Shown here: in pieces, positions 1-13,336 of the stretch | How positions within the stretch are numbered: position 1 is the stretch's first letter | How the letters are laid out: each line of letters starts with the position of its first letter | DNA from: Eledone cirrhosa | Lineage: Eukaryota | DNA length: 64,000 nt | Direction: 5' to 3' | Assembly (NCBI GenBank): GCA_964016885.1 | Contig: OZ024742.1 | Span: forward strand, 349,308,001 to 349,372,000 | Made by a program: the position numbers and the translations under genes | The notes under the pieces: generated by a model | The model's database searches: none | Told to the model about the DNA's origin: nothing | What the model saw: the letters and a program-made list of their open reading frames with translations, nothing else

Positions 1-3000
1 CTATAACTCTGATATCATCGCAGTACCTGTCTACAACTCCATAACTCTGATATCATCGCAGTACCCTGTCTAAAACTCTATAACTCTGATATCATCGCAG
101 TACCTGTCTTAAACTCTCTAACTCTGATATCATCGCAGTACCCTGTCTAGAACTCTATAACTCTGGTATCATCGCAGTACCCTGTCTAAAACTCTATAAC
201 TCTGATATCATCGCAGTACCTGTCTACAACTCTATAACTCTGATATCATCGCAGTACCCTATCTAGAACTCTATAACACTGATATCATCGCAGTACCCTG
301 TCTAAAACTCTATAACTCTGATATCATCGCAGTACCCTGTCTAGAACTCTATAACTCTGATATCATTGCAGTACCTTGTCTAAAATTCTATAACTCTGAT
401 ATCATCGCAGTACCTGTCTAAAACTCTATAACTCTGATATCATCGCAGTACCCTGTCTAAAACTCTATAACTCTGATATCATCGCAGTACCCTGTCTAGA
501 ACTCTATAACTCTGATATCATCGCAGAACCCTGTCTGAAACTCTCTAACTCTGATATCATTGCAGTACTCTGTCTAAAATTCTATAACTCTGATATCATC
601 GCAGAACCCTGTCTAAAACTCTCTAACTCTGATATCATTGCAGAACCCTGTCTAAAATTCTATAACTCTGATATCATCGCAGTACCCTGTCTAAAACTCT
701 ATAACTCTGATATCATTGCAGTACCCAGTCTAAAATTCTATAACTCTGATATCATCGCAGTACCCTGTCTAAAACTATATATCTCTGATATCATTGCGGT
801 ACCCTGTCTAAAACTCTATAACTCTGATATAATCGCAGTACCATGTTTAAATCTCTATAACTCTGATATCATCGCAGTACCCTGTCTAGAACTCTATAAC
901 TCTGGTATCATCGCAGTACCCTGTCTAAAACTCTATAACTCTGATATCATTGCAGTATCCTGTCTAAAACTCTCTAACTCTGATATCATCGCAGTACCCT
1001 GTCTAAAACTCTATAACTCTGATATCATCGCAGTACCCTGTCTAAAACTCTATAACTCTGATAACATCGCAAAACCCTGTCTAAATCTCTATAACTCTGA
1101 TATCATCGCAGTAGCCTGTCTAGAACTCTATAACTCTGATATCATCGCAGTACCCTGTCTAGAACTCTATAACTCTGATATCATTGCAGTACCCTTTTTA
1201 AAATTCTATAACTCTGATATCATCGCAGAACCCTGTCTAAAACACTCTAACTCTGATATCATTGCAGTACCCTGTCTAAAATTCTATAACTCTGATATCA
1301 TCGCAGAACCCTGTCTAAAACTCTCTAACTCTGATACCATTGCAGAACCCTGTCTAAAATTCTATAACTCTGATATCATCGCAGTACCCTGTCTAAAACT
1401 CTATAACTCTGATATCATTGCAGTACCCTTTTTAAAATTCTATATCTCTGATATCATCGCAGTACCCTGTCTAAAACTATATAACTCTGATATCATTGCG
1501 GTACCCTGTCTAAAACTCTATAACTCTGATATCATCGCAGTACCCTGTTTAAATCTCTATAACTCTGATATCATCGCAGTACCCTGTCTAGAACTCTATA
1601 ACTCTGGTATCATCGCAGTACCCTGTCTAAAACTCTATAACTCTGATATCATCGCAGTACCTGTCTACAACTCTATAACTCTGATATCATCGCAGTACCC
1701 TATCTAGAACTCTATAACATTGATATCATCGCAGTACCCTGTCTAAAACTCTATAACTCTGATATCATCGCAGTACCCTGTCTAGAACTCTATAACTCTG
1801 ATATCATTGCAGTACCTTGTCTAAAATTCTATAACTCTGATATCATCGCAGTACCCTGTCTAAAACTCCATAACTCTGATATCATCGCAGTACCCTGTCT
1901 AAAACTCTATATCTCTGATATAATTGCAGTACCCTGTCTAAAACTCTATAACTCTGATATCATCGCAGTACCTGTCTAAAACACTATAACTCTGATATCA
2001 TCGCAGTACCCTGTCTAAAACTCTATAACTCCGATATCATCGCAGAACCCTGTCTAAAACTCTATAACTCTGATATCATTGCAGTAGCCTGTCTAAAATT
2101 CTATAACTCTGATATCATCGCAGTACCCTGTCTAGAACTCTATATCTCTGATATCATCGCAGTTCCCTGTCTAAAACTATATAACTCTGATATCATTGCG
2201 GTACCCTGTCTAAAACTCTATAACTCTGATATCATCGCAGTACCCTGTTTAAATCTCTATAACTCTGATATCATCGCAGTACCCTGTCTAGAACTCTATA
2301 ACTCTGATATCATCGCAGTACCCTGTCTAAAACTCTATAACTCCGATATCATCGCAGTACCCTGTCTAAAACTCTATAACTCTGATATCATCGCAGTACC
2401 TGTCTACAACTCCATAACTCTGATATCATCGCAGTACCCTGTCTAAAACTCTATAACTCTGATATCATCGCAGTACCTGTCTAAAACTCTATAACTCTGA
2501 TATCATCGCAGTACCCTGTTTTAATCTCTATAACTCTGATATCATCGCAGTACCCTGTCTAGAACTCTATAACTCTGGTATCATCGCAGTACCCTGTCTA
2601 AAACTCTATAACTCTGATATCATCGCAGTACCTGTCTACAACTCTATAACTCTGATATCATCGCAGTACCCTATCTAGAACTCTATAACACTGATATCAT
2701 CGCAGTACCCTGTCTAAAACTCTATAACTCTGATATCATCGCAGTACCCTGTTTAAATCTCTATAACTCTGATATCATCGCAGTACCCTGTCTAGAACTC
2801 TATAACTCTGGTATCATCGCAGTACCCTGTCTAAAACTCTATAACTCTGATATCATCGAAGTACCTGTCTACAACTCTATAACTCTGATATCATCGCAGT
2901 ACCCTATCTAGAACTCTATAACACTGATATCATCGCAGTACCCTGTCTAAAACTCTATAACTCTGATATCATCGCAGTACCCTGTCTAGAACTCTATAAC

Positions 3001-6000
3001 TCTGATATCATTGCAGTACCTTGTCTAAAATTCTATAACTCTGATATCATCGCAGTACCCTGTCTAAAACTCCATAACTCTGATATCATCGCAGTACCCT
3101 GTCTAAAACTCTATATCTCTGATATAATTGCAGTACCCTGTCTAAAACTCTATAACTCTGATATCATCGCAGTACCTGTCTAAAACACTATAACTCTGAT
3201 ATCATCGCAGTACCCTGTCTAAAACTCTATAACTCCGATATCATCGCAGAACCCTGTCTAAAACTCTATAACTCTGATATCATTGCAGTACCCTGTCTAA
3301 AATTCTATAACTCTGATATCATCGCAGTACCCTGTCTAGAACTCTATATCTCTGATATCATCGCAGTACCCTGTCTAAAACTATATAACTCTGATATCAT
3401 CGCAGTACCCTGTTTAAATCTCTATAACTCTGATATCATCGCAGTACCCTGTCTAGGACTCTATAACTCTGATATCATCGCAGTACCCTGTCTAAAACTC
3501 TATAACTCTGATATCATCGCAATACCCTATCTAGAACTCTATAACACTGATATCATCGCAGTACCCTGTCTAAAACTCTATAACTCTGATATCATCGCAG
3601 TACCCTGTCTAGAACTCTATAACTCTGATATCATTGCAGTACCTTGTCTAAAATTCTATAACTCTGATATCATCGCAGTACCTGTCTAAAACTCTATAAC
3701 TCTGATATCATCGCAGTACCCTGTCTAGAACTCTATAACTCTGATATCATCGCAGAACCCTGTCTAAAACTATATAACTCTGATATCATTGCAGTACCCT
3801 GTCTAAAATTCTATAACTCTGATATCATCGCAGAACCCTGTCTAAAACTCTCTAACTCTGATATCATTGCAGAACCCTGTCTAAAATTCTATAACTCTGA
3901 TATCATCGCAGTACCCTGTCTAAAACTCTATAACTCTGATATCATTGCAGTACCCAGTCTAAAATTCTATAACTCTGATATCATCGCAGTACCCTGTCTA
4001 AAACTATATATCTCTGATATCATTGCGGTACCCTGTCTAAAACTCTATAACTCTGATATCATCGCAGTACCCTGTTTAAATCTCTATAACTCTGATATCA
4101 TCGCAGTACCCTGTCTAGAACTCTATAACTCTGGTATCATCGCAGTACCCTGTCTAAAACTCTATAACTCTGATATCATCGCAGTACCTGTCTACAACTC
4201 TATAACTCTGATATCATCGCAGTACCCTATCTAGAACTCTATAACACTGATATCATCGCAGTACCCTGTCTAAAACTCTATAACTCTGATATCATCGCAG
4301 TACCCTGTTTAAATCTCTATAACTCTGATATCATCGCAGTACCCTGTCTAGAACTCTATAACTCTGGTATCATCGCAGTACCCTGTCTAAAACTCTATAA
4401 CTCTGATATCATCGCAGTACCTGTCTACAACTCTATAACTCTGATATCATCGCAGTACCCTATCTAGAACTCTATAACACTGATATCATCGCAGTACCCT
4501 GTCTAAAACTCTATAACTCTGATATCATCGCAGTACCCTGTCTAGAACTCTATAACTCTGATATCATTGCAGTACCTTGTCTAAAATTCTATAACTCTGA
4601 TATCATCGCAGTACCCTGTCTAAAACTCCATAACTCTGATATCATCGCAGTACCCTGTCTAAAACTCTATATCTCTGATATAATTGCAGTACCCTGTCTA
4701 AAACTCTATAACTCTGATACCATCGCAGTACCTGTCTAAAACACTATAACTCTGATATCATCGCAGTACCCTGTCTAAAACTCTATAACTCCGATATCAT
4801 CGCAGAACCCTGTCTAAAACTCTATAACTCTGATATCATTGCAGTACCCTGTCTAAAATTCTATAACTCTGATATCATCGCAGTACCCTGTCTAGAACTC
4901 TATATCTCTGATATCATCGCAGTACCCTGTCTAAAACTATATAACTCTGATATCATTGCGGTACCCTGTCTAAAACTCTATAACTCTGATATCATCGCAG
5001 TACCCTGTTTAAATCTCTATAACTCTGATATCATCGCAGTACCCTGTCTAGAACTCTATAACTCTGATATCATCGCAGTACCCTTTTTAAAACTCTATAA
5101 CTCCGATATCATCGCAGTACCCTGTCTAAAACTCTATAACTCTGATATCATCGCAGTACCTGTCTACAACTCCATAACTCTGATATCATCGCAGTACCCT
5201 GTCTAAAACTCTATAACTCTGATATCATCGCAGTACCTGTCTTAAACTCTCTAACTCTGATATCATCGCAGTACCCTGTCTAGAACTCTATAACTCTGGT
5301 ATCATCGCAGTACCCTGTCTAAAACTCTATAACTCTGATATCATCGCAGTACCTGTCTACAACTCTATAACTCTGATATCATCGCAGTACCCTATCTAGA
5401 ACTCTATAACACTGATATCATCGCAGTACCCTGTCTAAAACTCTATAACTCTGATATCATCGCAGTACCCTGTCTAGAACTCTATAACTCTGATATCATT
5501 GCAGTACCTTGTCTAAAATTCTATAACTCTGATATCATCGCAGTACCTGTCTAAAACTCTATAACTCTGATATCATCGCAGTACCCTGTCTAAAACTCTA
5601 TAACTCTGATATCATCGCAGTACCCTGTCTAGAACTCTATAACTCTGATATCATCGCAGAACCCTGTCTGAAACTCTCTAACTCTGATATCATTGCAGTA
5701 CTCTGTCTAAAATTCTATAACTCTGATATCATCGCAGAACCCTGTCTAAAACTCTCTAACTCTGATATCATTGCAGAACCCTGTCTAAAATTCTATAACT
5801 CTGATATCATCGCAGTACCCTGTCTAAAACTCTATAACTCTGATATCATTGCAGTACCCAGTCTAAAATTCTATAACTCTGATATCATCGCAGTACCCTG
5901 TCTAAAACTATATATCTCTGATATCATTGCGGTACCCTGTCTAAAACTCTATAACTCTGATATAATCGCAGTACCATGTTTAAATCTCTATAACTCTGAT

Positions 6001-6959
6001 ATCATCGCAGTACCCTGTCTAGAACTCTATAACTCTGGTATCATCGCAGTACCCTGTCTAAAACTCTATAACTCTGATATCATTGCAGTATCCTGTCTAA
6101 AACTCTCTAACTCTGATATCATCGCAGTACCCTGTCTAAAACTCTATAACTCTGATATCATCGCAGTACCCTGTCTAAAACTCTATAACTCTGATAACAT
6201 CGCAAAACCCTGTCTAAATCTCTATAACTCTGATATCATCGCAGTAGCCTGTCTAGAACTCTATAACTCTGATATCATCGCAGAACCCTGTCTAAAACTC
6301 TCTAACTCTGATACCATTGCAGAACCCTGTCTAAAATTCTATAACTCTGATATCATCGCAGTACCCTGTCTAAAACTCTATAACTCTGATATCATTGCAG
6401 TACCCTTTTTAAAATTCTATATCTCTGATATCATCGCAGTACCCTGTCTAAAACTATATAACTCTGATATCATTGCGGTACCCTGTCTAAAACTCTATAA
6501 CTCTGATATCATCGCAGTACCCTGTTTAAATCTCTATAACTCTGATATCATCGCAGTACCCTGTCTAGAACTCTATAACTCTGGTATCATCGCAGTACCC
6601 TGTCTAAAACTCTATAACTCTGATATCATCGCAGTACCTGTCTACAACTCTATAACTCTGATATCATCGCAGTACCCTATCTAGAACTCTATAACATTGA
6701 TATCATCGCAGTACCCTGTCTAAAACTCTATAACTCTGATATCATCGCAGTACCCTGTCTAGAACTCTATAACTCTGATATCATTGCAGTACCTTGTCTA
6801 AAATTCTATAACTCTGATATCATCGCAGTACCCTGTCTAAAACTCCATAACTCTGATATCATCGCAGTACCCTGTCTAAAACTCTATATCTCTGATATAA
6901 TTGCAGTACCCTGTCTAAAACTCTATAACTCTGATATCATCGCAGTACCTGTCTAAAAC
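1..6959 (+). repeat. Duplicated block: 1-~1982 recurs at ~5134-6959 (offset 5133, then 4977 after a 4-monomer/156-bp deletion)
   Basis: Rare variants share the offset: TACCTGTCTTAAA 101/5234, CTGTCTGAAA 531/5664, CCATGTTTAA 841/5974 (5133), and ATAACATTGA 1714/6691 (4977). Confidence 0.88.
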
Positions 6960-9900
6960 TCTATAACTCTGATATCATCGCAGTACCCTGTCTAAAAGTC
7001 TATAACTCTGATATCATCGCAGTACCCTGTCTAGAACTCTATAACTCTGATATCATTGCAGTACCTTGTCTAAAATTCTATAACTCTGATATCATCGCAG
7101 TACCCTGTCTAAAATACCATAACTCTGATATCATCTCAGTACCCTGTCTAAAACTCTATATCTCTGATATAATTGCAGTACCCTGTCTAAAACTCTATAA
7201 CTCTGATATCATCGCAGTACCTGTCTAAAACTCTATAACTCTGATATCATCGCAGTACCCTGTCTAGAACTCTATATCTCTGATATCATCGCAGTACCCT
7301 GTCTAAAACTATATAACTCTGATATCATTGCGGTACCCTGTCTAAAACTCTATAACTCTGATATCATCGCAGTACCCTGTTTAAATCTCTATAACTCTGC
7401 TATCATCGCAGTACCCTGTCTAGAACTCTATAACTCTGATATCATCGAAGTACCCTGTCTAAAACTCTATAACTCCGATATCATCGCAGTACCCTGTCTA
7501 AAACTCTATAACTCTGATATCATCGCAGTACCTGTCTACAACTCCATAACTCTGATATCATCGCAGTACCCTGTCTAAAACTCTATAACTCTGATATCAT
7601 CGCAGTACCTGTCTAAAACTCTATAACTCTGATATCATTGCAGTACCCTGTCTAAAACTCTCTAACTCTGATATCATCGCAGTACCCTGTCTAGAACTCT
7701 ATAACTCTGGTATCATCGCAGTACCCTGTCTAAAACTCTATAACTCTGATATCATCGCAGTACCTGTCTACAACTCTATAACACTGATATCATCGCAGTA
7801 CCCTATCTAGAACTCTATAACACTGATATCATCGCAGTACCCTGTCTAAAACTCTATAACTCTGATATCATCGCAGTACCCTGTCTAGAACTCTATAACT
7901 CTGATATCATTGCAGTACCTTGTCTAAAATTCTATAACTCTGATATCATCGCAGTACCTGTCTAAAACTCTATAACTCTGATATCATCGCACTACCCTGT
8001 CTAAAACTCTATAACTCTGATATCATCGCAGTACCCTGTCTAGAACTCTATAACTCTGATTTCATCGCAGAACCCTGTCTAAAACTCTCTAACTCTGATA
8101 TCATTGCAGTACCCTGTCTAAAATTCTATAACTCTGATATCATCGCAGAACCCTGTCTAAAACTCTCTAACTCTGATATCATTGCAGAACCCTGTCTAAA
8201 ATTCTATAACTCTAATATCATCGCAGTACCCTGTCTAAAACTCTATAACTCTGATATCATTGCAGTACCCAGTCTAAAATTCTATAACTCTGATATCATC
8301 GCAATACCCTGTCTAAAACTATATATCTCTGATATCATTGCGTTACCCTTTCTAAAACTCTATAACTCTGATATCATCGCAGTACCCTGTTTTAATCTCT
8401 ATAACTCTGATATCATCGCAGTACCTGTCTACAACTCTATAACTCTGATATCATCGCAGTACCCTATCTAGAACTCTATAACACTGATATCATCGCAGTA
8501 CCCTGTCTAAAACTCTATAACTCTGGTATCATCGCAGTACCCTGTCTAAAACTCTATAACTCTGATATCATCGCAGTACCTGTCTACAACTCTATAACTC
8601 TGATATCATCGCAGTACCCTATCTAGAACTCTATAACACTGATATCATCGCAGTACCCTGTCTAAAACTCTATAACTCTGATATCATCGCAGTACCCTGT
8701 CTAGAACTCTATAACTCTGATATCATTGCAGTACCTTGTCTAAAATTCTATAATTCTGATATCATCGCAGTACCCTGTCTAAAACTCCATAACTCTGATA
8801 TCATCGCAGTACCCTGTCTAAAACTCTATATCTCTGATATCATTGCGGTACCCTGTCTAAAACTCTATAACTCTGATATCATCGCAGAACCCTGTTTAAA
8901 TCTCTATAACTCTGATATCATCGCAGTACCCTGTCTAGAACTCTATAACTCTGGTATCATCGCAGTACCCTGTCTAAAACTCTATAACTCTGATATCATC
9001 GCAGTACCTGTCTACAACTCTATAACTCTGATATCATCGCAGTACCCTATCTAGAACTCTATAACACTGATATCATCGCAGTACCCTGTCTAAAACTCTA
9101 TAACTCTGATATCATCGCAGTACCCTGTTTAAATATCTATAACTCTGATATCATCGCAGTACCCTGTCTAGAACTCTATAACTCTGGTATCATCGCAGTA
9201 CCCTGTCTAAAACTCTATAACTCTGATATCATCGCAGTACCTGTCTACAACTCTATAACTCTGATATCATCGCAGTACCCTATCTAGAACTCTATAACAC
9301 TGATATCATCGCAGTACCCTGTCTAAAACTCTATAACTCTGATATCATCGCAGTACCCTGTCTAGAACTCTATAACTCTGATATCATTGCAGTACCTTGT
9401 CTAAAATTCTATAACTCTGATATCATCGCAGTACCCTGTCTAAAACTCCATAACTCTGATATCATCGCAGTACCCTGTCTAAAACTCTATATCTCTGATA
9501 TAATTGCAGTACCCTGTCTAAAACTCTATAACTCTGATATCATCGCAGTACCTGTCTAAAACACTATAACTCTGATGTCATCGCAGTACCCTGTCTAAAA
9601 CTCTATAACTCCGATATCATCGCAGAACCCTGTCTAAAACTCTATAACTCTGATATCATTGCAGTACCCTGTCTAAAATTCTATAACTCTGATATCATCG
9701 CAGTACCCTGTCTAGAACTCTAAATCTCTGATATCATCGCAGTACCCTGTCTAAAACTATATAACTCTGATATCATTGCGGTACCCTGTCTAAAACTCTA
9801 TACCTCTGATATCATCGCAGTACCCTGTTTAAATCTCTATAACTCTGATATCATCGCAGTACCCTGTCTAGAACTCTATAACTCTGATATCATCGCAGTA

Positions 9901-12900
9901 CCCTGTCTAAAACTCTATAACTCCGATATCATCGCAGTACCCTGTCTAAAACTCTATAACTCTGATATCATCGCAGTACCTGTCTACAACTCCATAACTC
10001 TGATATCATCGCAGTACCCTGTCTAAAACTCTATAACTCTGATATCATCGCAGTACCCTATCTAGAACTCTATAACACTGATATCATCGCAGTACCCTGT
10101 CTAAAACTCTATAACTCTGATATCATCGCAGTACCTTGTCTAAAATTCTATAACTCTGATATCATCGCAGTACCTGTCTAAAACTCTATAACTCTGATAT
10201 CATCGCAGTACCCTGTCTAAAACTCTATAACTCTGATATCATCGCAGTACCCTGTCTAGAACTCTATAACTCTGATATCATCGCAGAACCCTGTCTAAAA
10301 CTCTCTAACTCTGATATCATTGCAGTACCCTGTCTAAAATTCTATAACTCTGATATCATCGCAGAACCCTGTCTAAAACTCTCTAACTCTCATATCATTG
10401 CAGAACCCTGTCTAAAATTCTATAACTCTGATATCATCGCAGTACCCTGTCTAAAACTCTATAACTCTGATATCATTGCAGTACCCAGTATAAAATTCTA
10501 TAACTCTGATATCATCGCAGTACCCTGTCTAAAACTATATATCTCTGATATCATTGCGGTACCCTGTCTAAAACTCTATAACTCTGATATCATCGCAGTA
10601 CCCTGTTTAAATCTCTATAACTCTGATATCATCGGAGTACCTGTCTACAACTCTATAACTCTGATATCATCGCAGTACCCTATCTAGAACTCTATAACAC
10701 TGATATCATCGCAGTACCCTGTCTAAAACTCTATAACTCTGATATCATCGCAGTGCCCTGTTTAAATCTCTATAACTCTGATATCATCGCAGTACCCTGT
10801 CTAGAACTCTATAACTCTGGTATCATCGCAGTACCCTGTCTAGAACTCTATAACTCTGATATCATCGCAGTACCCTGTCTAGAACTCTATAACTCTGATA
10901 TCATTGCAGTACCTTGTCTAAAATTCTATAACTCTGATATCATCGCAGTACCCTGTCTAAAACTCCATAACTCTGATATCATCGCAGTACCCTGTCTAAA
11001 ACTCTATATCTCTGATATAATTGCAGTACCCTGTCTAAAACTCTATAACTCTGATACCATCGCAGTACCTGTCTAAAACACTATAACTCTGATATCATCG
11101 CAGTACCCTGTCTAAAACTCTATAACTCCGATATCATCGCAGAACCCTGTCTAAAACTCTATAACTCTGATATCATTGCAGTACCCTGTCTAAAATTCTA
11201 TAACTCTGATATCATCGCAGTACCCTGTCTAGAACTCTATATCTCTGATATCATCGCAGTACCCTGTCTAAAACTATATAACTCTGATATCATTGCGGTA
11301 CCCTGTCTAAAACTCTATAACTCCGATATCATCGCAGTACCCTGTCTAAAACTCTATAACTCTGATATCATCGCAGTACCTGTCTACAACTCCATAACTC
11401 TGATATCATCGCAGTACCCTGTCTAAAACTCTATAACTCTGATATCATCGCAGTACCTGTCTAAAACTCTATAACTCTGATATCATTGCAGTACCCTGTC
11501 TTAAACTCTCTAACTCTGATATCATCGCAGTACCCTGTCTAGAACTCCATAACTCTGGTATCATCGCAGTACCCTGTCTAAAACTCTATAACTCTGATAT
11601 CATCGCAGTACCTGTCTACAACTCTATAACTCTGATATCATCGCAGTACCCTATCTAGAACTCTATAACACTGATATCATCGCAGTACCCTGTCTAAAAC
11701 TCTATAACTCTGATATCATCGCAGTACCCTGTCTAGAACTCTATAACTCTGATATCATTGCAGTACCTTGTCTAAAATTCTATAACTCTGATATCATCGC
11801 AGTACCTGTCTAAAACTCTATAACTCTGATATCATCGCAGTACCCTGTCTAAAACTCTATAACTCTGATATCATCGCAGTACCCTGTCTAGAACTCTATA
11901 ACTCTGATATCATCGCAGAACCCTGTCTAAAACTCTCTAACTCTGATATCATTGCAGTACTCTGTCTAAAATTCTATAACTCTGATATCATCGCAGAACC
12001 CTGTCTAAAACTCTCTAACTCTGATATCATTGCAGAACCCTGTCTAAAATTCTATAACTCTGATATCATCGCAGTACCCTGTCTAAAACTCTATAACTCT
12101 GATATCATTGCAGTACCCAGTCTAAAATTCTATAACTCTGATATCATCGCAGTACCCTGTCTAAAACTATATATCTGTGATATCATTGCGGTACCCTGTC
12201 TAAAACTCTATAACTCTGATATAATCGCAGTACCCTGTTTAAATCTCTATAACTCTGATATCATCGCAGTACCCTGTCTAGAACTCTATAACTCTGGTAT
12301 CATCGCAGTACCCTGTCTAAAACTCTATAACTCTGATACCATCGCAGTACCTGTCTAAAACACTATAACTCTGATATCATCGCAGTACCCTGTCTAAAAC
12401 TCTATAACTCCGATATCATCGCAGAACCCTGTCTAAAACTCTATAACTCTGATATCATTGCAGTACCCTGTCTAAAATTCTATAACTCTGATATCATCGC
12501 AGTACCCTGTCTAGAACTCTATATCTCTGATATCATCGCAGTACCCTGTCTAAAACTATATAACTCTGATATCATTGCGGTACCCTGTCTAAAACTCTAT
12601 AACTCTGATATCATCGCAGTACCCTGTTTAAATCTCTATAACTCTGATATCATCGCAGTACCCAGTCTAGAATTCTATAACTCTGATATCATCGCAGTAC
12701 CTGTCTACAACTCCATAACTCTGATATCATCGCAGAACCCTGTCTAAAACTCTATAACTCTGATATCATCGCAGTACCTGTCTAAAACTCTATAACTCTG
12801 ATATCATTGCAGTACCCTGTCTTAAACTCTCTAACTCTGATATCATCGCAGTACCCTGTCTAGAACTCTATAACTCTGGTATCATCGCAGTACCCTGTCT

Positions 12901-13336
12901 AAAACTCTATAACTCTGATATCATCGCAGTACCTGTCTACAAATCTATAACTCTGATATCATCGCAGTACCCTATCTAGAACTCTATAACACTGATATCA
13001 TCGCAGTACCCTGTCTAAAACTCTATAACTCTGATATCATCGCAGTACCCTGTCTAGAACTCTATAACTCTGATATCATTGCAGTACCTTGTCTAAAATT
13101 CTATAACTCTGATATCATCGCAGTACCTGTCTAAAACTCTATAACTCTAATATCATCGCAGTACCCTGTCTAAAACTCTATAACTCTGATATCATCGCAG
13201 TACACTGTCTAGAACTCTATAACTCTGATATCATCGCAGAACCCTGTCTAAAACTCTCTAACTCTGATATCATTGCAGTACTCTGTCTAAAATTCTATAA
13301 CTCTGATATCATCGCAGAACCCTGTCTAAAACTCTC

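Noticed and set aside
21-40. 38-bp monomers (CC instead of CCC) as homopolymer sequencing errors
   Set aside because: The deletion is consistently linked to the CTACAA variant and recurs at the same positions in duplicated blocks, so most are real. An isolated AAA at about 34504 that is absent from its sister copies could be an error.
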